A stretch of 64,000 bases of DNA from an uncultured Actinomycetota bacterium. GTDB lineage: Bacteria; Actinomycetota; Actinomycetes; Mycobacteriales; Nakamurellaceae. Shown here one piece after another: positions 21,301 through 29,159 of the stretch; the stretch's first letter is position 1; each line of letters opens with the position of its first letter. Location of the stretch: assembly GCA_963798625.1 (NCBI GenBank), contig CAWCUA010000005.1, positions 58,423 through 122,422 on the forward strand. Direction: 5' to 3'. The notes under the pieces are model-generated. The model was not told the DNA's origin, ran no database searches, and saw only the letters and a program-made list of their open reading frames with translations. A program made the translations under genes and the position numbers.

Positions 21301-21728
21301 TGCCCGGCGAGCAACTCCCGCACCATCTGATCCGACTCGCCGGCCGCCAGCAGCCGGGGTTCGGGCTCACCGGATCGCATCGCATGAGCGCGCAGCAGGG
21401 AGTACGCATAGCTGTGCAACGTGCGCACGATCGGCTCTCTGGTGGTGATGCCCAGTCTGCGGGTGATCCTGCTGGCGAGTTCGGTCGCCGCGCGACGGGA
21501 AAACGTCAGCACCAGAACCGATTCCGGGGCGACGCCGCGTTGCGCGATGCGCTCGGCGACGGACTCGACCAGTGTCGCGGACTTCCCCGTCCCCGGGCCC
21601 GCGAGCACCTTGAGCCGCCGGCAGCCGTTCTGGATGACCGCCAACTGCTCCGTGGTCGGCTGCACCGCCCGACCACCGCCGGAGCGGTGGAGGCGGAACA
21701 GGCCCGCGGTCGCCGTCGCTTGCGTCAT
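18312..21728 (-). CDS. adnA: AdnA UvrD-family helicase-nuclease subunit
   Basis: AGPGTGKS, VDEFQD, GDPDQSIYGFRG, HAAKGLEW; nuclease GRADRV...DFKSG...QLAVYQ and Fe-S Cys cluster CERCPVRSSCP; GTGA coupling to adnB. Confidence 0.92.
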   Translation of the reverse strand: MTQATATAGLFRLHRSGGGRAVQPTTEQLAVIQNGCRRLKVLAGPGTGKSATLVESVAERIAQRGVAPESVLVLTFSRRAATELASRITRRLGITTREPIVRTLHSYAYSLLRAHAMRSGEPEPRLLAAGESDQMVRELLAGQRESGRGNWPPAVSAALTSPAFAAELRELMLRTAERGITPSRLAELGRRRRRPEWQAAAMFAREYQDVSDLRQGSSGLGAALDQAELTRAALGLLAQDAVLAAEQSRIRRIFVDEFQDVDPAQADLVQALASGADELVVFGDPDQSIYGFRGSDPAALRDLEVDDTVMLTGSRRMSGEVLAASRRVARMLPGVSTHRDLVAIRTVDPVSDRLQASDTVDAAPNAVVAASGRVVVRTLPTAATEAAFVADELRRAHLQSGVRWSDMAVLVRSPVASLPAMRRAFAAAGVPMATSRQDEQLTADPVVDTLLTALRCGRQPSSLTGQVALDLLSSPAGGMDGQSLRRLRRMVRADLPDGGPTPDLLAAALAGAPLPERVPEEFQRPVRRLRAMLDAARAGATDAAAEQSLWNVWQASELQEQLVSASLRGGRAGQRADQTLDGVMSLFSMAAELADRTPLAGVEAFLDMVTGQRIPGDPTARGSRANDAVAVLSAHAAKGLEWDVVALVGVAEGRWPVLRPRVSLLGTSEVFDAAAGLPSSMPTTSALLQEERRLFYVAVTRARHTVIATSVADQDTVPSRFLFELAGSEEDLPTGWPAGSDGAQRRGLHLTDLIAELRSVVTDPSVPQQTADSAAFQLARLAAAGVVGADPKDWYGLARRSTDEPPVPAGSPVTVSPSAVDSLSTCALRGVLERRGARGVSSQQQIEGIVVHALVDGLAKGVSRPVLEEEMERFLQQQQHLPPWLVARTRRALESMLTAAQAWVAALPAGRSLAASELRLSVPVPPPEDGPPTSECEAARTVRLEGRADRVDRTADGSLIVVDFKSGATVPSKASVLENAQLAVYQLALELGADIGLGRVAGAPPADEPLLDPADEPPLDPEEEEMLTRADQARADQTRTDPTRADPARADPARADAGHAVPARSGGAELVYLRTGSPQVRQQPALTAEQLVQWQRVVRGSAEQLALSISTAQENRYCERCPVRSSCPLQPEGRQVTR
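18560..18648 (-). repeat. 15-bp coding tandem repeat in the AdnA nuclease domain (about 6 copies)
   Basis: Encodes TRADQ-ARADQ-TRTDP-TRADP-ARADP-ARADA. Confidence 0.85.
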
Positions 21729-21734
21729 GGACAG

Positions 21735-21756
21735 ATCCCATCACGAGGCACCGACA
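21735..21756 (-). promoter_or_regulatory. PafBC-type (RecA-NDp) DNA-damage promoter of adnAB
   Basis: Minus strand TGTCGG-tgcctcgtga(10 nt)-TGGGAT, 6 nt before the ATG; one mismatch to TGTCGG-N10-TANNNT. Confidence 0.6.
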
Positions 21757-21828
21757 GCCCGTCCGAACCACACCGACGCACCCGAAACCTGACCTCCCAC
21801 AGCGGCTCCGGCCTGTTTACTGCTGACC

Positions 21829-22119
21829 ATGGACATGGCCTTGGCGCACCGGATGCTCGACGCGGTTGCCCGGATTCCCGCCGGTCGAGTCGCGACCTAC
21901 GGTGACGTCGCGGCGGCGGCGGGGTCTGCCTCTCCCCGACTCGCCGGCTTCGTGCTTGCTCAACTGTCGGACGAGGAAACACCTTGGCATCGCGTGCTGC
22001 GGGCCGACGGGACGCCGGCGCCGCACCTGGCGACCGAACAGCTGCAGCGACTGCGTGCCGAGGGTGTGCGCGTGGACAACGGCAAGGTCGATCTGAAGAC
22101 CTTCCGCTGCCGGCCGTGA
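21829..22119 (+). CDS. Alkyltransferase-like (ATL, MGMT family) protein
   Basis: IPAGRVATYGDVA and PWHRV (Trp in place of the catalytic Cys of PCHR). Confidence 0.9.
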   Translation: MDMALAHRMLDAVARIPAGRVATYGDVAAAAGSASPRLAGFVLAQLSDEETPWHRVLRADGTPAPHLATEQLQRLRAEGVRVDNGKVDLKTFRCRP

Positions 22120-22327
22120 CGGCGGCGGCATCCGCGCGCTGATCGACGTGCGGGTCCGTCGTGCGCCGACACTCCCGGCGTCGACCGTGATCGGACGACG
22201 AGCACACCGGTCCGACGGTTGCCCGCACTTTCGCCACTTGCTGCGCGCGTTAGCGCCCACGGGTCGAGTTGCGCACAAACGGTCAAAGCCATCAACTCGT
22301 CATTCCGCAGGCGAGCACCGTATCCGC

Positions 22328-23377
22328 ATGACCACCACTGATGACGTCGCCCCGATAAGGGTCAGCGGACCGGCCGGCCTGCTGGCCGCCGTGCCGCCGC
22401 TGCTCGGCTTCCACCCGACGAACAGCCTCGTGCTGCTGTGCCTGTCCGGCGGCCGGCGACGGGTCGGCCCCGTCGCTCGGGTCGACCTCCCGCAGGGGCA
22501 CGACCGCGCGATGGCAAGCCAGCTGACGCGCCATGCGGTGCAGCACGCCGACGAGGTCGCCGTTGTCTGCTACCTCAAAGGCACCAAGCGGCCGCCGCTG
22601 CTCGACGACCTGCTGGGAGAACTGGCGCGTGCGGGCGTCGACGTGATGGACGCCATGATCGTCAGAGGAGGCCGTGCACGGCCGGCCCTCAACCCGGCGA
22701 TGGAGCGCAACCATCCAGGGATCCCCATGCCGGGCTCGGACGATCCCGTGGTGTCTGCGCTGCAGGCCGCTGGGGCGCTGTCCGGCCGTTCGGTGCTGCC
22801 CGATCGCGATGCGCTCCGACAATCCATCGCCGGGCCCACCGGTGCGAAGCTGCGCGACGCCGAAGGCGGCATCAGCGAGGCGGCAGCGGGGCGGCTCCCG
22901 GGAACCGAGCACGACCGCGAGGGTCGGATCGTTCCACTTCGGAGGTCCGCGGCGTCACGTCGACACGGTGTCCGACCGATTCTGGTGGAGCTGCTGGACA
23001 CCGCATGCCGTCAGGTGGCCGCAACCGGAACGGTGCCGATGCCGGTCGGCACCGCAGTCGCCGCGGTGCTGACGGAACAGGGCGTCCGAGAGGCCGTCCT
23101 CGCGGAGAGTTTCGGCGATCTCGACGGTCCGTGGTTGCCGATGCTGATCGCGTGTGCCACGTGGACGCCGGACTCGGTGGCCGCGCCACTGTGTTCGATC
23201 CTGGCGGCGGTTGCATATCGGCATGGGGACGGCGCGCTCGCGCAGGTCGCGGTCGACCGGTGCCTCGCCGTGGAGCCGGAGCATCCGCTCGCCTTGGCGC
23301 TGCTCGACATCATGTCCGCCGGCCTGCGGCCCGAAGTGCTCGACGAGATGCTTGTCTCAGGGCGCCGGTACCTGTGA
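22328..23377 (+). CDS. DUF4192 family protein
   Basis: GLLAAVPPLLGFHPTNSLVL...ARVDLP N-terminus and AYRHGDGALAQVAVDRCL...HPLA C-terminus. Confidence 0.85.
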   Translation: MTTTDDVAPIRVSGPAGLLAAVPPLLGFHPTNSLVLLCLSGGRRRVGPVARVDLPQGHDRAMASQLTRHAVQHADEVAVVCYLKGTKRPPLLDDLLGELARAGVDVMDAMIVRGGRARPALNPAMERNHPGIPMPGSDDPVVSALQAAGALSGRSVLPDRDALRQSIAGPTGAKLRDAEGGISEAAAGRLPGTEHDREGRIVPLRRSAASRRHGVRPILVELLDTACRQVAATGTVPMPVGTAVAAVLTEQGVREAVLAESFGDLDGPWLPMLIACATWTPDSVAAPLCSILAAVAYRHGDGALAQVAVDRCLAVEPEHPLALALLDIMSAGLRPEVLDEMLVSGRRYL

Positions 23378-23466
23378 AGGGTGCAGGGCCGGGCCGGCCA
23401 TCCGAACGGGCGGCGAAGGGGCTTGGGAACCATGGCGCCGGTACGGCCGACTTCCCCGGCTGGCCG

Positions 23467-24354
23467 TCAGTCGAGGAATCGCTCGATCCGCTCGGCGGTG
23501 GACAGCATGGTGACCAGATCGCTCGGCGGCGTCCGCGGATCCGCCAGGCTGACCGCCAACCTGAACAACAACGCACGGCGCAACAACTGCCGCCAGTCCG
23601 GCCATCTGTCCCACTCGGTGATCAACTCGACCGGCGCGCCGCCCCACCCGATCGCATCCACCACGATGACCCCGGCCGCCCAACCGACCGGTCGCCAGTA
23701 GGGCGTCAGATCGATGACGGCAGGGGGTGCGGAACCGGCAAACAGAACGTTGCCGTAGAGGTCGCCGTGAACCACCTGGCTCTCGCTCCGCACGGCTCGG
23801 CGTCCCCGCGCAAGTGCGTCGAAGAGCCTGGCACCGTGCCCGGATTCGGTCGGCAGGTCGTCCTCGATCTCTCCCCAGGAGAGCCGGTCCGCCCAGCTGT
23901 AGAGGCCGGTCCGTTCGCGCAGGAACTTCGGTTCCGGCACCCCGGCGAGCGCATCGTGCAGCCGGATGCCGACCTGCAGGATCTCCTCGTGCCGCGGCGC
24001 GGGGCTGCCGGAGACGAACCGGTGCGCGGACCACCCCGACACGACCCACCGCCCGTCCGAAGAGCGGACCGGCCGGGCCAGGCGCAGGTCACTGACCGCC
24101 AACTGCTCCACGATGTTCGCCAGCCAGGACGCCTCGGCCGGCTCGTCCACCGGTTTGAGCACGATGCTGCCACTGCGCCAGCTGCGTTGCTGGCCGCCTT
24201 CGAGGAGCTCGGGCGGTTCGGGCGCTGCGCCGAACGCCCGTAACACGTGTTCAGGCGGCGGAATCCTGAGCACTGGAGCGGATCCGGCGGCTCCGGTGGT
24301 GTCGACCGATCCAGGCTGCCCCTGCTGCGCACGCGGTCCAGGTGCGTCGGTCAC
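23467..24354 (-). CDS. TIGR02569 family phosphotransferase-like protein (Rv3205c-like)
   Basis: PPEHVLRAFG, RLARPVRSSDGRWVVSGW, QVVHGDLYGNVLF, IDLTPYWRP. Confidence 0.87.
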   Translation of the reverse strand: MTDAPGPRAQQGQPGSVDTTGAAGSAPVLRIPPPEHVLRAFGAAPEPPELLEGGQQRSWRSGSIVLKPVDEPAEASWLANIVEQLAVSDLRLARPVRSSDGRWVVSGWSAHRFVSGSPAPRHEEILQVGIRLHDALAGVPEPKFLRERTGLYSWADRLSWGEIEDDLPTESGHGARLFDALARGRRAVRSESQVVHGDLYGNVLFAGSAPPAVIDLTPYWRPVGWAAGVIVVDAIGWGGAPVELITEWDRWPDWRQLLRRALLFRLAVSLADPRTPPSDLVTMLSTAERIERFLD

Positions 24355-24483
24355 CCCTGGACGCTACCGCGCCGTGCACAGCCATCAGCGGAGCCGGCCG
24401 CGGTGTCGCTGCGAGCCGGTGCGGTATCCGCTGCCGGTAGCCGCTGCCGGTAGCCGTGGTCGGTGTGGGTAGGGAAGGTTCGC

Positions 24484-25662
24484 TCAGTAGGACGGGAGGC
24501 TGGGGTCCACCTGCTTCACCCACGCCAGGACACCGCCACCGACATGCACGGCATCCGAGAAGCCCGCCTTGTGGAGCACCGAGAGCGCCTCGGCCGATCG
24601 TGCCCCTGACTTGCAGTGCAGGACCAGCGGCTTGTCCATCGGCAGCGAGGCGAGCGCCTCACCGGACAGGATGTCGCCCTTGGGAATGAGCACGGATCCA
24701 GGGATGGAGACGATCTCGTACTCGTTCTGCTCACGGACGTCGACCAACAGGAAGTCCTCGCCGGCGTCGATCTTCGCCTTCAGGTCACGGGCGGAGATGG
24801 TGTGCCCACTGGCCGCGGCGGCCGCGTCATCGGAGATAGTTCCGCAGAATGCGTCGTAGTCGATCAGGCCGGTGATGGGCTCGCCGGCCGGATCCCGACG
24901 GATCTTCACCGTGCGGTACGTCATCTCCAGCGCGTCGTACACCATCAGCCGGCCGAGGAGTGTCTCGCCGATGCCGGTGATCAGCTTGATCGCCTCGGTG
25001 ACCATGATCGATCCGATGGACGCGCACAGCACGCCGAGGACGCCGCCCTCGGCGCAGGACGGAACCATGCCGGGCGGTGGCGGTTCCGGGTAGAGGTCGC
25101 GGTACTGCGGGCCGTATTCGGCCCAGAAAAGACTCGCCTGGCCCTCGAAGCGATAGATGGAGCCCCATACGTACGGCTTGCCCAGCAGGACGCACGCGTC
25201 GTTCACCAGGTACCTGGTGGCGAAGTTGTCCGTGCCGTCGAGGATCAGGTCGTACGGCTCGAAGATCTCCAGGGCGTTGCCCGAATCCAAGCGCTCGGTG
25301 TGCAGGTTCACCGTCACGTACGGATTGATCTCGGCGATGGACTCCGCCGCCGAGACCGCCTTCGACTTCCCGATGTCGGACTGACCGTGGATCACCTGTC
25401 GTTGCAGGTTGGACTCGTCGACGGTGTCGAAGTCCAGGATTCCCAGGGTGCCGACACCGGCGGCGGCCAGGTAGAGCAGCGCCGGGGAGCCGAGACCACC
25501 GGCGCCGACGACCAGCACCTTGGCGTTCTTCAGGCGCTTCTGCCCGGTCATCCCCACGTCGGGGATGATCAGGTGGCGCGAGTAACGCTCGACCTCGGCC
25601 TTTGTCAAAGATGCGGCCGGTTCGACCAGCGGGGGCAATGTCACGGGAGTCTCCTTCGGCAC
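24484..25662 (-). CDS. moeZ: Adenylyltransferase/sulfurtransferase MoeZ (MoeB plus rhodanese)
   Basis: RYSRHLIIPDVG, GAGGLGSP, PSCAEGGVLG, rhodanese HCKSGARS; start could be 25644. Confidence 0.95.
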   Translation of the reverse strand: MPKETPVTLPPLVEPAASLTKAEVERYSRHLIIPDVGMTGQKRLKNAKVLVVGAGGLGSPALLYLAAAGVGTLGILDFDTVDESNLQRQVIHGQSDIGKSKAVSAAESIAEINPYVTVNLHTERLDSGNALEIFEPYDLILDGTDNFATRYLVNDACVLLGKPYVWGSIYRFEGQASLFWAEYGPQYRDLYPEPPPPGMVPSCAEGGVLGVLCASIGSIMVTEAIKLITGIGETLLGRLMVYDALEMTYRTVKIRRDPAGEPITGLIDYDAFCGTISDDAAAAASGHTISARDLKAKIDAGEDFLLVDVREQNEYEIVSIPGSVLIPKGDILSGEALASLPMDKPLVLHCKSGARSAEALSVLHKAGFSDAVHVGGGVLAWVKQVDPSLPSY

Positions 25663-25719
25663 GGGCACAGTCTGCCGCAAGCGACAACCGTCGCGGACCC
25701 GTGGTTCTTCCCGAGGGGC

Positions 25720-27528
25720 TCAGCCGGCGGCTGCCGATGGGTCGCTCGACGGGTCCACCGGAGCGGCTGCAGTCGGGAACGGATAGGCGTTGGGCTTGCA
25801 GACCTTTCCGTCCTTCGGGATCGTGCCGGGGTCCAGGACGTTCAAGTCGTTGTTCGACACGCTCCAGGATTGCTGCATCATCACCGGGGCCGGCGCGCCC
25901 GCGGCCGGACACGGCTGATGTCTCATCCCGAGCGCGTGGCCGACTTCGTGATTGATGGCGTACGAGCGGTACGCCGCCAAGTCGCCGTCAAATGACATCG
26001 CACCACGCACCCACCGGGCGTCGTTGATGAAGACCCTGCCAGCCGATCCGTTGAAACATGATGCCTCCAACGGGATGTCGAACCCGCAACCAGCGCGCAC
26101 CGTCATCTGGCTGGTCAGCGAGATACGGAAATCGGGCTCGCCCTTGTCAATCCGCTGCAGCGAGAATTGCTTGCCGCCGATCCACGACCGCGGGTCGGCC
26201 AACGTTGCATCGACAGCCGCCGCGAACTCCTTGTCGCCCTTCGCATCCTGAAGGCCGTTCTCCGTCTCGACCGTGTAGGTGAACCGCTGCGGACCGCTGC
26301 CCAATGCCGGGGTCGTCCCGGGGACGACGTGCCACACCCCGGCACCAGATGTGACGAAAGGCGCACCTGCGGGCAAGGCCCCGGCGGCAATCCCGGCCGC
26401 TGGGTGACCCTTGGCGTCCTTGATCGTCAGGTCCGGGACAGCACCGGGGGGCGTGGGCTCCGGGGACGTCCCTGCCGCAGCCGGAGTGTCACCGGCCGCG
26501 TTGGTGCTCGCCGACGGAAGCGGCGCAACCGCCTGACCCGGTTCCTCGACGGAGCCTGTCAGCGACGGTGCCGGATCGGTGGCGCCTGCGCCGGCTTCGG
26601 CAGCGCCGCTTCCTGACGAGACGTCCGACGAGATACCCGGCTCGACCGTGGGCGCTTCGGTGGCGGCTGCGGCGGTGTTCTGGTCGGTGGACGGCGAACC
26701 CAGCGACTGGAAGATGACCACCAGGGTGAGAATCACCAGCACCGGGATCATGACGATCCGCCACCGGATGCCCGTGCGTGGCGGCGAGGACACCGCACGT
26801 CGACCGAACGCTGATCGGTTGGACCGTGCCCGGTTGGACTGCGACCGGTTCGACTGCGACCGGTTCGACTGCGACCGGTTGGACGACGAGCGGTTGGCGG
26901 CCGACCGGCTGGAGTCCGACCTGTTGGACGTGGACCTGTTGGAAGTCAACCTGCTCGAGGACGATCCGGTGGAGGTCGCTTCCCGAGCGGAGCGCGCGCC
27001 GTACCAGCGGCCGTCACGACTGGCGTCCCCTGTGCCGGACCTGACATCTGATCTGCGACCGGCAGTACCTGCACCGCCGCCGCCCGCAGCGCCCGACCGG
27101 TCGTCGGTGCGCCGCCTGGACGGTGGATCACGGCGCTCCGCATCCTCAGCCCGATGCGCGGCGCCTCGCCGAGACAGATCAGAAGGGCGCTCGGAGTGCG
27201 CCTGTCCGTCCTGGTAGCCGTCCGGACCCACCTGGCGCGAGGTCCGTCGAGAACTCCCGTCGGCGCCGGCCGGACGAGAGGACCGGCGGGAGGAGTTCGG
27301 CCGGCCGCGCGCGTCCAGATCCAGCCGTCGACGCTCGGCCGGCGGCTTCGCCGGGCGGTGGCCCGCGTCGATGGATGGCGATCCGGCGTCGTCCCAGAGC
27401 GATGACGTGTCCAGCGGCATATCAGCGCCGGGCGCTCGGCCCGCCTGCCAACCGCGGTCGCCCCGGCGTTCGTCGTCCCCGTGGCCCCACTGTCCGGAGT
27501 GCCGAGGGTCCGGCGGCAACGAAGTCAC
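25720..27528 (-). CDS. DUF3152 membrane-anchored putative zinc metalloprotease with long Arg/Ser-rich N-terminus
   Basis: TLADPRSW, YAINHEVGHALG (HExxH), APVMMQQS; TM segment; Rv3207c-like synteny. Confidence 0.85.
   Translation of the reverse strand: MTSLPPDPRHSGQWGHGDDERRGDRGWQAGRAPGADMPLDTSSLWDDAGSPSIDAGHRPAKPPAERRRLDLDARGRPNSSRRSSRPAGADGSSRRTSRQVGPDGYQDGQAHSERPSDLSRRGAAHRAEDAERRDPPSRRRTDDRSGAAGGGGAGTAGRRSDVRSGTGDASRDGRWYGARSAREATSTGSSSSRLTSNRSTSNRSDSSRSAANRSSSNRSQSNRSQSNRSQSNRARSNRSAFGRRAVSSPPRTGIRWRIVMIPVLVILTLVVIFQSLGSPSTDQNTAAAATEAPTVEPGISSDVSSGSGAAEAGAGATDPAPSLTGSVEEPGQAVAPLPSASTNAAGDTPAAAGTSPEPTPPGAVPDLTIKDAKGHPAAGIAAGALPAGAPFVTSGAGVWHVVPGTTPALGSGPQRFTYTVETENGLQDAKGDKEFAAAVDATLADPRSWIGGKQFSLQRIDKGEPDFRISLTSQMTVRAGCGFDIPLEASCFNGSAGRVFINDARWVRGAMSFDGDLAAYRSYAINHEVGHALGMRHQPCPAAGAPAPVMMQQSWSVSNNDLNVLDPGTIPKDGKVCKPNAYPFPTAAAPVDPSSDPSAAAG
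26813..26960 (-). repeat. 15-bp coding tandem repeat (SNRSQ-type, about 9 degenerate copies)
   Basis: gaccggttcgactgc-like units. Confidence 0.8.
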
Positions 27529-28640
27529 CCTGAGAGGCTGCCATACAACTCTGAGGGTTCGGACGGGGCGCGCTCTACGCCTGCCGCCCGACTCTGCGGA
27601 TCCGCAAGGCCCTCCGCGCCACCGCCTGCAGATCGGTCGGCGGATCGCCGCCAGTGACCGGCGATGGCCTGTGCTGTGAACAACGGCTGCTCCATCTGCG
27701 GGACGTGGCCACAGCCGGCGAGCACGAGCAGCTGCGCATCATCAAAGGCCGCGACCGTGCGGGGCGCCAGCCGGACATCGACCAGCCGGTCCCGGGTGCC
27801 CCAGATCACCAGGACCGGCGCGCGCACTCGTGCCGCGGCCGCGGCGAAGGACGACCGGCCCTTCCGCAGGTAGCTGTTCATCAGAGCCCGCAGCGATCCG
27901 ATCGTCGAGGCCTGCGACCATGCAAGCGCAGCTCGCCACATGTGCTCCTCCGCCAGCGCGATGTAGTCGTCGTCGGTGATCGCCTCCGGCTCGCCGAAAC
28001 AGATGTCGCCCAGCCCCCGGGCGCGTTCGAGCGGCTCGATGGAACCCAGTCGGGTCTCGGCAAATCCGGCCGCTCCCGGCAGCAGGAGCAGACCCAACCG
28101 TGGATCGGCACCCCGGTCCTTGGTCAGTCGCAGATCGGGAACAGCGGGCGAGATGAGCGTCAGCGTGCTGATCAGGTCGGGTCGGTCGGCGGCAAGCAGC
28201 GTCGCGACCACTCCCCCGTAGGAGTTGCCGACGAGATGCACCGGTCCGCCGCCTACCTGCTCGATCGCCGCTGCAGCGATCTGCGCATCGACGCGTGGGG
28301 AGTAGCGCCCACCCGGCGGCGGGTCGGACCGCCCACTGCCGGGCAGATCCAGCGAATACCCGGGGGCGATCGGGGACAGCGCCCCACCGATCCGGGTCCA
28401 GTCCGTGGAAGCACCCCCGAGACCGTGCACGAACCACACCGGTCGGGCATCGGCCGGACCGTCCTGCCGACGCAGGTACACCCCCCGGCCGTCGATCAGC
28501 TCGGTCCAGCCCACCGGACCCGGTGACGCCAGCGGCGGGACGGGTCCGAGGGGATGGTCGGACAACGACACCGTCGACCACGCCGCGAGGTGATCACGGG
28601 CGGCCGGCCCTTGGGCGGGCCAGGGTCGGGTTGCCGTCAT
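27525..28640 (-). CDS. Alpha/beta fold hydrolase
   Basis: VHGLGG, DLPGSGRS, GNSYGG nucleophile elbow, WGTRDRL, GHVPQME. Confidence 0.9.
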   Translation of the reverse strand: MTATRPWPAQGPAARDHLAAWSTVSLSDHPLGPVPPLASPGPVGWTELIDGRGVYLRRQDGPADARPVWFVHGLGGASTDWTRIGGALSPIAPGYSLDLPGSGRSDPPPGGRYSPRVDAQIAAAAIEQVGGGPVHLVGNSYGGVVATLLAADRPDLISTLTLISPAVPDLRLTKDRGADPRLGLLLLPGAAGFAETRLGSIEPLERARGLGDICFGEPEAITDDDYIALAEEHMWRAALAWSQASTIGSLRALMNSYLRKGRSSFAAAAARVRAPVLVIWGTRDRLVDVRLAPRTVAAFDDAQLLVLAGCGHVPQMEQPLFTAQAIAGHWRRSADRSAGGGAEGLADPQSRAAGVERAPSEPSELYGSLSG

Positions 28641-28856
28641 GGCTCCATGGTGCCCCGGGACGGCGACGACCACCGCCGACTTGTCCACATACCGTCATCC
28701 CTCCCCAACGTCGGTCCGGCCCCGGACTGAACCTGTGCCGGTCGTGGATGGTGCGTGCAACAGGCGTGGGAGCACCTCAACGGCACAGGTCAGGCGGCGC
28801 GGTTCCGTCGGGGCCGGCGGCCCCCGTGCGCCGGCAAACGACAAGGAGGGGCTGAC

Positions 28857-29159
28857 GTGACGGGTGAGCTGGTCGTCGACACCGCGGTGCTCCGGGCCGC
28901 GGCGAACTCGCTGGATGACGCGTCCGCACTCTTTGCCCGTGGCACCGGGCGGCGGGAAGGTTGCCCGCTGACCGACGAGAGCCTCGGCCGGTCGGCCGTC
29001 GCCCGGGAGGTCGCTGGATCGGCGTCCCGTCGGGTGCTGGAAGCCGTGCAGGCAGCCGAGGTGTTCGCACGCGCGTCCGCACAGACCGCAGCCCGCGTCC
29101 GGGCGGCGGCAACGTCCTTCGAGATCGTCGAATCGGCGGCAGGCGGTCCACCGCGGTGA
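28857..29159 (+). CDS. 100-aa putative type VII secretion substrate (WXG100-like/Esx-associated)
   Basis: AAGGAGGGG RBS; LVVDTAVLRAAANSL N-terminus, helical Ala-rich body, C-terminal FEIVE resembling YxxxD/E; GTGA overlap with the next gene. Confidence 0.55.
   Translation: MTGELVVDTAVLRAAANSLDDASALFARGTGRREGCPLTDESLGRSAVAREVAGSASRRVLEAVQAAEVFARASAQTAARVRAAATSFEIVESAAGGPPR

Noticed and set aside
24428-24458. 13-bp duplication ccgctgccggtag after moeZ
   Set aside because: Only about two copies in GC-rich intergenic DNA; no supporting function
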